DNA of 64,000 nucleotides from Sedimentisphaerales bacterium (GTDB lineage: Bacteria > Planctomycetota > Phycisphaerae > Sedimentisphaerales > Anaerobacaceae). Where the stretch lies: assembly GCA_963708075.1 (NCBI GenBank), contig OY970194.1:7328001-7392000 (forward strand). The letters run 5' to 3'. Below, piece by piece: positions 9,745 to 20,847 of the stretch. The notes under the pieces were generated by a model. It worked only from the letters and a program-made list of their open reading frames with translations. It made no database searches and was not told the origin of the DNA. The position numbers and the translations under genes are program-made. Numbering within the stretch: the first letter of the stretch is position 1; each line of letters opens with the position of its first letter.

Positions 9745-10697
9745 TTTCTGGCCCTTCGCAGGAACACATCAGCGATGAAATTGATCGCGAATGTAATAAT
9801 AAAAAGTACGAGCCCGACGGCAAAGAGTGCGTAGTAGTGCTCGGAGCCGCCGACGGTCTCGCCCATCTCCCCGGCGATCGTGGCGGTGAGCGTCCGCACC
9901 GGCTGCAGGATCGACGTGGGGATCACCGGGGCATTTCCCGTGACCATCAGGACGACCATGGTTTCGCCGACGACCCTGCCGATGCCGAGCATGACGGCGG
10001 CCACGATGCCCGGGGAGGCCGAGGGCAGAATGACCCTCCAGAGCGTCTGCCAGCGGGTGGCGCCCAGGCCGAAGGCCGCCTCGCGATACGACCTCGGCAC
10101 GCCCGTCAATGCGTCCTCCGAGATGCTGATGATCGTGGGCAGGGCCATGAAGGCCAGCAGCAGGCTGCCCGTCAAGCCGCACATGCCTGTGGACAGATGA
10201 AACGTGTCTCTGAGCACCGGCCCCAGCCAGATGATGCCGAGGAAACCCAGTACCACGCTGGGGATCGCGGCGAGGATCTCCACAAAGGACTTGAGCACGT
10301 TCTTGAGGGCCTTGGGAGCGACCTCGGCGATGAACATGGCTGAACCCACGCCCAGCGGCACACAGATGAGGACCGCCCAGAATGTCACGAACACGGAGCC
10401 GAGCAGCAGGGGGACGACCCCGAACTGCGGCGGATCGGAGATCGGCAGCCACTTCCTGCCGAATAGAAACTGAGCGAGTGGATAATTGCGAAACAACGAG
10501 AGTGAGTCTCGCAGCAGAAAGAGAAAGATCATGAAGACGAAAATGACCACGATGAGGCCACTGAGCCTGATGCACAACTCGATGATCGGCTCGCTGATCC
10601 TTCGCCACAGTCGTTTCATAGATGCGTAGAACCCAAATTCCCGGGCTTCCGGCTTGACGTACGGTTGAATTACCGATTCATTGGTCTCTGCGGGCAC
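9741..10697 (-). CDS. pstC: Phosphate ABC transporter permease PstC
   Basis: EILAAIPSVVLG, EAAFGLGATRWQT and GRVVGETM motifs. GTG start after GGAGG; ATG 10619 is an alternative. Confidence 0.9.
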   Translation of the reverse strand: MPAETNESVIQPYVKPEAREFGFYASMKRLWRRISEPIIELCIRLSGLIVVIFVFMIFLFLLRDSLSLFRNYPLAQFLFGRKWLPISDPPQFGVVPLLLGSVFVTFWAVLICVPLGVGSAMFIAEVAPKALKNVLKSFVEILAAIPSVVLGFLGIIWLGPVLRDTFHLSTGMCGLTGSLLLAFMALPTIISISEDALTGVPRSYREAAFGLGATRWQTLWRVILPSASPGIVAAVMLGIGRVVGETMVVLMVTGNAPVIPTSILQPVRTLTATIAGEMGETVGGSEHYYALFAVGLVLFIITFAINFIADVFLRRARK

Positions 10698-11604
10698 TAA
10701 TCCCTCCTGTACTGCTCTGCGGCCCTGCTTCTGGCGGCGAGGTTGGCGTCGGCACAAAACCCGTTTCGATGAACTGCTTCTGGCCCGCGGGGCTCAGGGT
10801 GAAATCGACGAACAGCTTGACGATGCCTTGCGGCTCGCCATCGGTGTATGCGTACAGGCCTCGCGAAAGCGGGTACGTCTTCTTGAGCACGTTGTCGATG
10901 GTAGGGGGGTAGGCCTCGCCGCTTTTGGCGATCTGCAGTGCCTTGGTTCGGTCGGACAGGTATCCCATGCCCAAATATCCGATGGCCTCCTCGTTGCCGG
11001 CCACCTCCTCGACGATCGCCTGCGAAGACGTCAGAAGCAGCGTCTCCCCCGAGAATTCCTCCTTGCCGTCCTTCTTGCCGAGCTGGATCACTTCCTCCTT
11101 GAAGTACATGTGGGTCCCGGAGCTGACCTCGCGGGAAAGTGTCACGATATGAAGGTCTTTTCCACCGAACCGCTTCCAATTGGTCACTTTGCCCGTGAAG
11201 ATGTCGTGCAGGTCTTCGATGGTTAGCTTGTCCACGGGGTTGCTCTTGTTGACGATGACGGCGACACCATCGAAGGCAACCACGATTTCCGTGGGATGGA
11301 CGCCGTGCTTGTTGGCGATCTCGATCTCCTTGGGCTTCATCTCGCGGGAGGCGGTGGCCACGTCGCAGGTCTTGTTGATGAGCGAGGCGATGCCGACGCC
11401 GCTGCCGCCGCCCGTGACGGCGACGAAGATGTGCGGGTACTGCTTCATGAACTCTTCAGACACCATCTGGATGGCGTTGACCATCGTGTCGGAGCCTTTG
11501 GCCTGAATGAACCCTTGCGGCTCATTCGGGTCGATGCTCTCGCCGCAGCCGGCCAGAAGAATGGCCGTGACAGAGGCCAGGATGGCTTGACTTCTCAATC
11601 CCAT
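10678..11604 (-). CDS. pstS: Phosphate-binding lipoprotein PstS
   Basis: Lipobox LAGC; KGSDT, GGGSGVGI, SRE.SSGT and YPLSR motifs. Confidence 0.92.
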   Translation of the reverse strand: MGLRSQAILASVTAILLAGCGESIDPNEPQGFIQAKGSDTMVNAIQMVSEEFMKQYPHIFVAVTGGGSGVGIASLINKTCDVATASREMKPKEIEIANKHGVHPTEIVVAFDGVAVIVNKSNPVDKLTIEDLHDIFTGKVTNWKRFGGKDLHIVTLSREVSSGTHMYFKEEVIQLGKKDGKEEFSGETLLLTSSQAIVEEVAGNEEAIGYLGMGYLSDRTKALQIAKSGEAYPPTIDNVLKKTYPLSRGLYAYTDGEPQGIVKLFVDFTLSPAGQKQFIETGFVPTPTSPPEAGPQSSTGGISARRDQ

Positions 11605-11676
11605 AAAACCCTTCGTTGTCCATGGCAGGTCCGAAAATGAGTAGATATACAATCTAATGGTTTAGTTATCACAGAT

Positions 11677-11717
11677 GTGTTAGGAAATTATTAGCAATTC
11701 GTTAGGATTTGGTTAAA
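11677..11717 (-). promoter_or_regulatory. Putative Pho box: four direct repeats with 11-bp period between divergent pstS and DUF47-pit
   Basis: Minus strand reads TTAACCAAATC CTAACGAATTG CTAATAATTTC CTAACAC. Confidence 0.75.
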
Positions 11718-11832
11718 CTTGGGCCGGTTGGACGAACGGCATGTCGTCGCAAGGGCGTTTGTCGTCCTGGCCACGGGTAGAGTTCACGTGGCGGCTGGAA
11801 TGGCCCTTTTTGTTGAGATTAAGGAGATGTGC

Positions 11833-12459
11833 ATGGTTTTCAGGTTCTTCCCCAAGACACACAACTTCTTCGATCTGTTCGAGAAGCAGGTGAGCCACGC
11901 CGTCGAGGCGGCCTGTTTTTTCAAGGAGGTGGTATCCCAGGGCTGCGTTACGGAGGATGCCTTGAGCAAAATGGCGTCCATTGAGCATCAAGGCGACGAC
12001 GTGGCGCACGCCATTATCGATCAGTTGAACAAGACGTTCATCACTCCGTTCGATCGGGAGGACATCTACGCTCTTGCGAAGCAACTCGACGACATCGTTG
12101 ATATGGTCAACAACATCCTGAGCCGGCTCAGGGTGTACGATATCCGTGCCGTGGACAAGAACCTGGTGGAATTCTCTGTGGTTATCGAGCAGTCCGTGCG
12201 GGCGGTGTCGCGGGCCATCGGCGGATTGCGGAACCACAAGAACAGCCAGGTCGTTTGCGATGCCTGCATTGAGGTCAACCGCCTGGAAAACGTCGGCGAC
12301 GCGATGCGCGATCGTGTGCTCTCCGAGCTGTTCGCCAGCTCCAAAGACCCGATCGCTGTGATCAAATGGAAGGACATCTACCAGGACGCCGAAACCGTCC
12401 TGGACGTTTGCGAAGACGTTGCCCACGTTGTTGATTCCATTATGGTCAAACAGGCTTAA
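11833..12459 (+). CDS. DUF47 family PhoU-like Pit accessory protein
   Basis: EHQGD..QLNKTFITPFDREDI and LEN.GD motifs; AAGGAG RBS; lies directly upstream of pit. Confidence 0.88.
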   Translation: MVFRFFPKTHNFFDLFEKQVSHAVEAACFFKEVVSQGCVTEDALSKMASIEHQGDDVAHAIIDQLNKTFITPFDREDIYALAKQLDDIVDMVNNILSRLRVYDIRAVDKNLVEFSVVIEQSVRAVSRAIGGLRNHKNSQVVCDACIEVNRLENVGDAMRDRVLSELFASSKDPIAVIKWKDIYQDAETVLDVCEDVAHVVDSIMVKQA

Positions 12460-12461
12460 TC

Positions 12462-13463
12462 ATGACGCTGACTATCTTGTTGCTGATCGGACTGGCGCTT
12501 CTCTTCGATTTTCTCAACGGTTTTCACGATTCGGCCAATTCCATCGCCACGATCGTCTCAACGCGAGTTCTCACACCCCGCAAGGCTGTTGTCTGGGCCG
12601 CCTTCTTCAATTTCATCGCCTTTTTGTTCTTCGGTCTGCACGTCGCTAACACCATCGGCAAGGGCATTATCGATATCACGATCGTCGATAAAGGTGTGAT
12701 CTTCGCCACCCTCATCGGCGCCTGCACGTGGGATGTGATTACGTGGTACTGGGGGCTGCCGACCAGCTCTTCTCACGCCCTCATCGGCGGGATGGTCGGT
12801 GCCGCATTGGTCAAGGTCGGATCGCAGGCCCTGATCTGGCACGGCATCACAAAGACTGTCATCTTCATCTTCGTCTCTCCGATTCTCGGCCTGATCCTGG
12901 GCGTTACGCTGGGTACAGCCGTCTACTGGGCATGCCGCAAAACCACGCCGCGGAAGGTGGACCATCTGTTCCGCAAGGGGCAGCTCCTCTCGGCCGCTTT
13001 ATACAGCATGGGCCACGGCGGCAACGACGCCCAGAAGACGATGGGCATTATTGCCAGCCTTCTCTTCAGTGCCGGCCTCTTGCAGGGTGAATTCCGCGTG
13101 CCGCTCTACGTCGTGCTCTCATGCCACGCTGCCATTGCACTGGGCACGATGTTCGGCGGCTGGCGGATCGTCAAGACGATGGGGCAGAAAGTGGCCAAAC
13201 TGAAGCCCGTGGATGGCTTTGCCGCGGAGTCCAGCGCTGCCGCTACACTGGCTATCTCCTCCGGCTTCGGCATCCCGGTAAGCACGACACACACGATTAC
13301 CGGCGCGATCATGGGTGTAGGCTCGCTACGGCGGCTCAGCGCGGTTCGTTGGGGTGTGGCCCGCAATATCGTGTGGGCCTGGGTTCTGACCATTCCCGCC
13401 GCGGCCATCATATCTGCGGTCGCCTACCTCCTGGTCGGCCGCTTTCTCATGAGCCTGCCTTGA
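12462..13463 (+). CDS. pit: Inorganic phosphate transporter, PiT family
   Basis: NGFHDSANSIAT, PTSSSHAL, HGGNDAQKTMG and PVSTTH motifs. Confidence 0.92.
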   Translation: MTLTILLLIGLALLFDFLNGFHDSANSIATIVSTRVLTPRKAVVWAAFFNFIAFLFFGLHVANTIGKGIIDITIVDKGVIFATLIGACTWDVITWYWGLPTSSSHALIGGMVGAALVKVGSQALIWHGITKTVIFIFVSPILGLILGVTLGTAVYWACRKTTPRKVDHLFRKGQLLSAALYSMGHGGNDAQKTMGIIASLLFSAGLLQGEFRVPLYVVLSCHAAIALGTMFGGWRIVKTMGQKVAKLKPVDGFAAESSAAATLAISSGFGIPVSTTHTITGAIMGVGSLRRLSAVRWGVARNIVWAWVLTIPAAAIISAVAYLLVGRFLMSLP

Positions 13464-13576
13464 GGTCTGCATGGCCAGGGCCGGGGGCACTACGTAGCCT
13501 TTGCCTCTGGTAGCCAAACAGTGTCAGATGTGCGTTGATTCCCGTCAGGATGGGTTAGCAAGAGATTCGCTGGAGC

Positions 13577-14908
13577 TCAGAACTTGACCACGATATCCGC
13601 TTGGAGTCTGCCGTAGTCGGCGTTGTCCTTGCGACCCCAGTACTGAGCGTCATAGAACGTCAGGGCCGGCGCCACATTCTTTGTGAGTTGATAGGCGAAG
13701 CTGAAGCGATGGCCTTTGCCGCCGGTGCCGCCGCCGACGAAGTCGGAGTCGTTGAACTGCCCGACCACGGCATCGGCATCGATCTCTCTGTAATCGTAAT
13801 CAAACTGCCATGAGCCCGGGTCTTTGATCTTATTGAGGCTTGCGCCGATGAGCCAGCCGGTATCTTGGTCCGTGCTGGCGACGGTGTTCTTGACCCAGTC
13901 GCCATAGACTGCCGCAGGCAGCTTGCCGACCACCGTGCCGAATTCAGCGAACAACTCAATCAGGTCGTAATCGCTGGCAAAGACGTTCCCCGGCGCCGCC
14001 GTGTTGCCGAAGAAGTCGTTCGTGCCTTTCCACTCGTTGGCCAGGCTTTCCTCGCCCTGGATATTGCCATAGTCGTACCAGCTCGCGCCGGCCAGGACGT
14101 AGGTGGGCTTATTGATCTGGTGCTTCAGATAGCCTTGCAGGCCCCACAGCGATGTATCGCCGCCCGTGGACTCTTCATTGACCCAGAACCCGCCGGCGGA
14201 CAGGTTGATGCTGGTCTTATCGTTGAACGGGCGTGCATAGGTCAGGGCGCCGCCTTCCGGGGTCAAATCGTGATCCCAGATCAACTGGTTCTTACCGACC
14301 ATGTAGAACGGATTGGCCATCTTGCCGGCGATAGCGCTGAAGCCCTTGACCCAGGCCGGATGGTAGTTGAAATACGCCAGATCGAGCCAGAACGTCTTCT
14401 TGGAGAAGCTGCCGTCCAGCGTCTGGTTCGTGGAGACGGGATCGCCGCCCGACACTCCTTCCGCGGTGGCCAGGCGAAAGCCCAGGTTCCACTCGTCGCT
14501 AATCTTCGCATCAAGTCCCAGGCGAGCCCGAATGCGGTTGCGGTGACGGATTTCCTCGGCACTGTTGTCGTCGATATACTCGTAGCGGTAGCGGAAATCG
14601 CCGGACCAGTTCAGCCTGGATGCCCACTTGAGAATGTCGGGAATGGCGGGCTCCTCCTTCTTCGCCTCGGGGGCTGGCGGCTTCTCGGCCAGCGCCTCTT
14701 CTCTGAGCTTCTGGCGGGCCTCCAGTTGGTTGATCCTACCCTCCAACTCCGCCTGTCGCTGCTTTTGGGCTCCCAATTCCGCCTTGAGCTGATTCACATC
14801 CTCCGCCTTGTCAGCCGCGATTGCTGCCATCGGTCGCGGCAGTGTCACAGCACAGGCAAACATGAAACCAAGAATCCATTTGCGTTGTTGCGCCTTGTTT
14901 CTGTTCAC
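13577..14908 (-). CDS. Putative outer-membrane porin, probably phosphate-regulated
   Basis: Signal peptide, coiled coil, GDFRYRYE..R.R.RARLG, DPVSTNQTL and a C-terminal Phe (LQADIVVKF). Confidence 0.75.
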   Translation of the reverse strand: MNRNKAQQRKWILGFMFACAVTLPRPMAAIAADKAEDVNQLKAELGAQKQRQAELEGRINQLEARQKLREEALAEKPPAPEAKKEEPAIPDILKWASRLNWSGDFRYRYEYIDDNSAEEIRHRNRIRARLGLDAKISDEWNLGFRLATAEGVSGGDPVSTNQTLDGSFSKKTFWLDLAYFNYHPAWVKGFSAIAGKMANPFYMVGKNQLIWDHDLTPEGGALTYARPFNDKTSINLSAGGFWVNEESTGGDTSLWGLQGYLKHQINKPTYVLAGASWYDYGNIQGEESLANEWKGTNDFFGNTAAPGNVFASDYDLIELFAEFGTVVGKLPAAVYGDWVKNTVASTDQDTGWLIGASLNKIKDPGSWQFDYDYREIDADAVVGQFNDSDFVGGGTGGKGHRFSFAYQLTKNVAPALTFYDAQYWGRKDNADYGRLQADIVVKF

Positions 14909-15013
14909 TGCGATGTCTCCAGAAGTGATTCCAAACGTTTCAGTACATATTGCATGGAACGAGCTTGTCGCGACCGGTATCCTGTCTCATTTAGACACGT
15001 AAGTACCGCGCCG

Positions 15014-15054
15014 ATGTTAAAGTCTGATTAGGATTCTGTTAGATTTCCATTAGT
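15014..15054 (-). promoter_or_regulatory. Second putative Pho box upstream of the porin gene
   Basis: Minus strand reads CTAATGGAAAT CTAACAGAATC CTAATCAGACT TTAACAT, with 11-bp period. Confidence 0.72.
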
Positions 15055-15392
15055 GTTTTGCTGATGCGGCCGGAGTGCGGAGGCATTCCTGGTTTCTCTG
15101 CAGACTCATCGAAAACTAATGCACCCGTAACGCGCATCTGACAATATCGCCGCAGGATCTCTCAGAAGCCTGTAATAGTGCCTCGTGCCTCGGAGAAGTT
15201 GAATCGATGGTTTCTTATCTGCGGAAGTCCTCAGGAGAGCGAAGATCAGATGAGTCGAGGGACAATTGAAGTTACTTATACCGAGGCAACCAATCAGTAG
15301 TACGGCTGGCAGCGGCGAGCGCGTCGCCCTCTGAATGAATAGGGAGGAGTCGAGGGAGAGCCATCAACCCTCTGTGCCCATGTGCTTTGCCG

Positions 15393-18300
15393 CTACCGTG
15401 GCGGTTCTGGGGGCTTTTCCGGCTCGTCGGGCGGGATCGATGGGATCTGCGAGATAATGGCGGCCCGGCGACTCAGGACGTACTGCTTGATCTGGTCGCG
15501 CCGACCGTCGCCGAGGCCTTCAGCGATCAAGACCCCGGCATTCTCGTCGACGTAGCGGTCGAACGGCGTCGGTGGGTTGTTCGTGCCGTAAGAGGTCTGC
15601 CAAGGGCCCGCCAGCAGGTCATAGAAGGCCTTCGCATATAACTGCCGGTACCTCGCGTAGTTCAGGAACTGGTTGACCTCCGGGAAGTGGCCCGCCACGG
15701 AGAACACGCTCGAACTGGCGCCGTCGCCCGAGCCGAACGCGAAATCGATATCCCAGGGCATGAGGTACCATTTGCCCTCGGGCAACGCGTAGTAGAAGGC
15801 GTTGTTCTTGCCTCGCCTGTATCCGTAGCTGTCCCAGTCGCCGACCGCGTGACGAATCGCCAGGACTTTGGTGAAGTGCACCGGGTCCATCTGGGCCTCG
15901 ATCAACTGCGGGTACCGGGAGTTGTTTGCCGGCGTATTCAATGCCACCGCGAGATCGAACAGGTGCTGCCAGTTGTCGTCCTCGGGGTGGGACCGCTTCT
16001 CGAAGTGCCAGCGGTAGGTTCTCGGGGATGAGCGGATGCTGCGCGTTGTAGAGCAGGCCCTCATCGGCCCGTTCGCCGCTGTGGGCTGTGCCGTCCGTGT
16101 TGTACTCGAAGTAATCGTCGATCTTGTGGAGGTAGCCCTCGTCGTTGCCCGGGAACCATGCGTTGATGTAATCGCCGTCGATCTTCTGGACGTCGTCGAA
16201 ATTGGAGTGGTGTCTGCCATTGATGACCAGGCGCACCCACTCCTGCCTGGAGTATTGCAGACCCATCTGAGCGTAGAACCAGTAGGCGACGCGTTCCTGG
16301 AGCGGGCCGCGGTTGCTTCCTTCGGTGTTGTCGAGATTGATTTCCTCCCGCCCGTGGAACTTTTGATCGGGGCCGAACTCGATGCGATAGGCATAACGAT
16401 CGCGCGGGTCGCGGCCAAAGCCCTGGCGAAGGAACGGGCTGCCGCGCATCCGGATCCCGCAGTTGTAGTACACATCAGTATCATTGTAGACGAACGTGCA
16501 GTCGAGCAGCTCGTTGGAAAGGCTCGGGCGGGACCGAAACGCGTTGATTACGGCGTCAGACATCCAGATGCGATAGATCGCCATCTGGGACGTTACAGGC
16601 GTATCGCCGACGCGGACGAGGCAAGTCCGCTCCGGGACGTCGGCCGATGATTCGAGCTTCGTGGGGAAGCGAGTCGTGACGGCGCCGTCGGAGGCTTCGA
16701 TGTAGAACGCTCGCATCGTGTTGGCAGAGGCGGCCGGGATCGCCGCCGTATACATTCCGTCCCGGGCAACCTTGTCGCTGCCGGAGCCATTGTCCGTCAT
16801 GGGCGTGCTCGAGAATGTGGAGGCGCCTTCCGAACGATAGTAGAGGGTTACGGAGTCGATCCCGTCGTTGTCGAGCACGCGGGTGGCCACGACGATCGGC
16901 TCATTGGCCTTGGGGGCGACAGGGGCATGACACGTTTCGAGGATGTCCGGGCCCCGATTGGCCACGAAGGCTGTGTTCTGCCGGCCCGGCGTGCCCAGGT
17001 CCAGAGGCACCTCGAGCTCGAACGCGTGCGATGGCCTCGGGGGCTGCACAGGCGACGTTTCCCGCGTCGTTCGCAGCAGCAGGAAGCGGCTGCCGCGAAG
17101 CCAGCGGGCCCAGCCGCTGAACTGCACACTGCCTGCGGTTGTGCCGGAGATGGACTGATTGATGCGGTTGCTCCCCGGATCGCCATGGCCCGTGGCGATC
17201 ACATGTAACGACTGCGAGCCCGAACGGTGGTCCTCCGTAGTCACGAAGGACTGCGTGTGGTTGCCGAGGATTCGCCAGGGGTTCTCGCCGCTCTCGAAGC
17301 CGCCGTTGGTCAGACAGTTCTTGCCGTCGATCGTCAGTTGCACATCATCGAGCAGGATTTCGCCGGCATTGAGCATCATCAGGTCGAAGATCGTGACGGT
17401 ATCGTGCGTGAATTTGGCGTCACCGGGGTAGGTGCCGAAGGAGAAGGATTTCCAGGTTGTTTTGCTGCTCTCGTCGCTGTCGGCCCAGGCGTCGGGGGCA
17501 TCGTTGTTGCTGCGCGGGTCGCGCAACTCAAGGCTGGCGCCCATGCCGTCGGCCCATTTCGGCCATCGCCCGCCGTCGCAGTAGGTGACTTCATCCGCGG
17601 TCGCCATATATGCTTTGAGCTTGCCCGTCTGGGGATTTCGTCCCTGCACCGGGAAACTGAGGCGGATGCGCTCGCTGTGGTTGTCGAGCGTGCCGATGTA
17701 CGGTCCGACGAGGTTCGTGCCGATCGTGAGGTTGCTGTAGAGGGCGGCAAGGAAGTTCGGGTCCTTGGCGATGACCAGATAAGAGCCCGGCTGCATCACG
17801 GCGCCGCTGCCGAACGAGTATTCGATACTGTCTGTAAAGGCCCACCCCGCTAGCGAGACAGGCCTGGTGCCGCGGTTATACAGCTCGACGTATTCGTACT
17901 GGTCGTCCCGCATCGCGTGGTTATACATAATCTCGTTGATCACGATGTCGCGCACCAGCGGCTTGGTGTTGGCGGCCCCGCGGGTGGCGGAGGACAGGCA
18001 ACCGAGGTAGAGAGAGCCGTCGGGGAAGCGGCCGAAGGTGACCTCGGCTTCCGTGGCGTCGTAGCGCATTGCATCGAGCACGCGCAGCGGCTTGGGCGGC
18101 ACGTCCGCCGTGGCCGCCGTCAGGAACACCGTTTCACCCGAGAAATCCAGCGCAAAAGGCATGCCGCTCGGCGGTGTGCCCTGGCTGAAGACCCGGAATT
18201 CGCCGGGCTGGAGCGAGCCGGCCGGCAGTTTGTACTGCAACAGGTTGAGCCGGTCGTCGCTCAAGTACAGATTGCCAAGGTCCACTGCGATGGGGCCGGG

Positions 18301-19539
18301 ATTGTACAGCTCGACCCAATCCACGGCCGGAGCCGCGTCGCTGTTGGCCAGAAGCTCGTTGATCACCAGGCGGGCGCGGGGATCGCCACCGGTGCTTGCC
18401 GGCTGTACGATGGCCCGCAGGACCGGAGCGGCGACGAAGTCCGAGCTGCCGGACAGAGACTGATTGTGGACCTGGATTGCCAGGATATTCACGCCGGCCA
18501 CGAGAAGATTCTTACGGCTGGTCAAGTCGACGTTGAATGCCTCCGGGTCGCCCGCGGTGTTTGCCGCCGCGCTGAACACGGGCGGGCTGCCGGTCAGGCC
18601 CCCGGAGTCGCCCACGCGCGTGCCATTGAGATACAGCACGAAGGCGTCGTCATAATGGACCTCGGCCATGATCTGGGAGAACGAGGCGATCTGCACGCTG
18701 GTGAGCGTGAACGGCAGGCGGACGTATACAGAGACATATTTGCCGTTCATGTCGTTCAGTTGTGTCTTGATGTATTGCAGCTCATTGTTCTGATTGCTGT
18801 AGCCGTAGCCGCTGGGGCCGTCAAGCCATTCCGTTTTGGTGGGATCATCCACGAAGTCCCGCTGCGTCCATCCGATTGTAGCCGGCACGCCGGAGCCCGG
18901 TGCAGGCTCCTTGACGCCCTTGAAGTACCGGCCGGGCGAGCCAATGTCGATGAGCGTCACCTGCGTGGGGTTCTCCGGCTGGGCCTGGACCGGGTCCGCT
19001 TTGCCGGGCGACCCGTCGATGGTTGTGCTGGTGGACCAGGAGGAGGCCTCCTCGGGGGCGCCGCTGAGCTTGGTGAAAATGAGCGAATGTCCCGTGCCGT
19101 CGGGCGAAGTCGGCCAGGGGGCGGTGTCGTTGTAGCGCAGCGTCAAGACGATGCCGCCGCTGGCGTTGGACAGATCGATCCGCTCGCCATCGTTATTGAG
19201 CCGGCCGGTGAAGGGGCCGACCACATTGGTGATTCCATAAGTTGCCTTGATGGCGTTCGGGTCGTAGGCGATCACGAGGTACTGCCTGGGCCCGAGCAGC
19301 GTGTCCGGCTCGAATGTGTACTCGATGCCGTTCGTAAACGCCCATTTGCCAAGCTCTTCCGACACGGGCCTTTCGTTGTACATCTCGATGAACTCAAGCG
19401 TCTCGTCCTGGGTGAGCGGGTCCTCCGCCGGGTGATACATGATCTCGCTGATCACCAGTGCCAGGCTCGGCCGGGCCGACCATAGCACCAGCGCGCAGAC
19501 CACTACCCACAGACAATACCAACGACGTTGGTCTCTCAT
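15393..19539 (-). CDS. Secreted lamin-tail-domain/CotH kinase protein with an apparent +1 frameshift at ~16020
   Basis: Signal peptide, three LTDs (ISEIMYHP, INELLAN, INEIMYN) and a CotH core (GIRMRGS..EINLD). The C-terminal DWDSY..NN..PWDID part continues in the 15393..16484 frame. Confidence 0.8.
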
Positions 19540-19557
19540 AGATCCTCGATCCTTTCT

Positions 19558-19585
19558 CCGCTCGTAGTGACGCCGTTAGGCATTT
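19558..19585 (+). repeat. GTAG-type REP, family A copy 1
   Basis: CCGCTCGTAGTGACGCC-GTTA-GGCATTT; near-identical to the copies at 19735 and 28883. Confidence 0.75.
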
Positions 19586-19600
19586 GTCGCGACGCCGTGC

Positions 19601-19625
19601 GGGCGGGTTTGAAACCCGCCCCTAC
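19601..19625 (-). repeat. GTAG-type REP hairpin
   Basis: Minus strand reads GTAG-GGGCGGGTTT-C-AAACCCGCCC. Confidence 0.75.
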
Positions 19626-19734
19626 AATTCCGGGCGCACTACAAACACACCGGCTTGGCCCTATCCTGCCATTCTTCCTAACCCTCGTCCAGTCCTACAC
19701 TTGCGCAATTGCGAGTCTCCCCCGTTCGTCGCCG

Positions 19735-19762
19735 CCGCTCGTAGTGACGCCGGAAGGCGTTT
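19735..19762 (+). repeat. GTAG-type REP, family A copy 2
   Basis: CCGCTCGTAGTGACGCC-GGAA-GGCGTTT. Confidence 0.75.
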
Positions 19763-20262
19763 CTTTTGATGCCCTTACAAACGCGCGACCCGCCTGACCC
19801 AAACATCAGACGCTCGCTACTCCCATATTGTACCACATTTCCCCGATTTTTCGCGCAAATTCCAACCCCTTTCTATCGCCACAAAGCCGAGATGCAATAT
19901 GTTCCCCATCCACAAACAGGCGTAACAGGCCGTTCAATATGTGGCGGAGTCCACGGCAGGGGGGTTATTGGTTATCGGCTGTCGGTTGGGGGCTGTGAGC
20001 GTCGCCGTTGAGATGCGGTTCCGGAGATGTGATGCGGGTTTCCTCGACAGTCTGGCGTGTGGATTCTGTGTCCGCTCCAGGCGTGGCAGAAGGCGGTGCG
20101 TGCGGGCCTCTGAGGACTTTGCGGCGAGTGACTCTGATACGAGGGTAGAGGACCCAGTCTACATGCTCCCGGCTGTCGCCGAAGCCACATGAAGTCGTGT
20201 GCGTCTGGGCCTTTGGATTGATTGAGGGATGATCCACTGCTGAATCCGTGTCTATGGGTTAG

Positions 20263-20294
20263 TGGATTCCCGCCGTCGCGGGAATGACATGGCA
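20263..20294. repeat. ATTCCC-N8-GGGAAT palindromic element (dRS3-like)
   Basis: TGG-ATTCCC-GCCGTCGC-GGGAAT-GACATGGCA; an 18/19-nt partial match lies at 3905-3923. Confidence 0.65.
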
Positions 20295-20313
20295 CAGTCC
20301 AGATGACGGACCC

Positions 20314-20847
20314 CTATGGGATTTCGATGCCTTCGAAGCACAGGCGGCATTCGATCTTCTCGGTGCGACGGGCGATGTCGCAGGGGATCGGTTGTTCCAC
20401 GATGCCCTGGAAGATACAGGACTCGCTTGGATTGAGCCTCTGGGTGGCAGTTCGGACGTAATGCACCGGGAAGCCGTCGGCGTCGAGAAGGGCGAAGCTG
20501 AACTGTACATTATAGGACGAGAACAGGTGCAGCGGCGCCTCGGGCGGAGTGGCCGGAGCGGCAAGGTCTATGGCATAGCCGAGCCGCACAACCTGGTCAT
20601 CATCGCTGGCCGAAGGGAGGAACCTCGCCAGGCCTGACAAGCGGCAATTCCCTTCGCTTACAAAGCCAGGCTCGCGGGCGACATAGGTGTGGGACGTCCC
20701 CATAAATACTTCCATGCCTTTTTCGAAAATCATCGGCAGCCAACTGCGGGTCTCCTCGCCGGTGGCGCTGCGCGGCACCAGGTAGCCAAAACTCGCACCC
20801 ACAACCAAAGCCACAACGACCATGAGCACAGAATTCGACCAACGCAT
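20314..20847 (-). CDS. Hypothetical protein with N-terminal membrane anchor or signal
   Basis: ATG after AAGGA; hydrophobic N-terminus (VLMVVVALVVGASF). Confidence 0.55.
   Translation of the reverse strand: MRWSNSVLMVVVALVVGASFGYLVPRSATGEETRSWLPMIFEKGMEVFMGTSHTYVAREPGFVSEGNCRLSGLARFLPSASDDDQVVRLGYAIDLAAPATPPEAPLHLFSSYNVQFSFALLDADGFPVHYVRTATQRLNPSESCIFQGIVEQPIPCDIARRTEKIECRLCFEGIEIP

Noticed and set aside
16015..16025. Programmed ribosomal frameshift in the CotH gene
   Set aside because: There is no slippery sequence or stimulatory structure, and similar indels elsewhere point to assembly error.
19960..19995. G/T-rich 7-bp-periodic stretch (GGTTATT GGTTATC GGCTGTC GGTTGGG)
   Set aside because: It is short and degenerate with no complementary arm; it may be a remnant of a heptamer family but is too weak to call.
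19540..20310. Short ORFs in the repeat-rich spacer
   Set aside because: They show no RBS or motif support and overlap REP elements.
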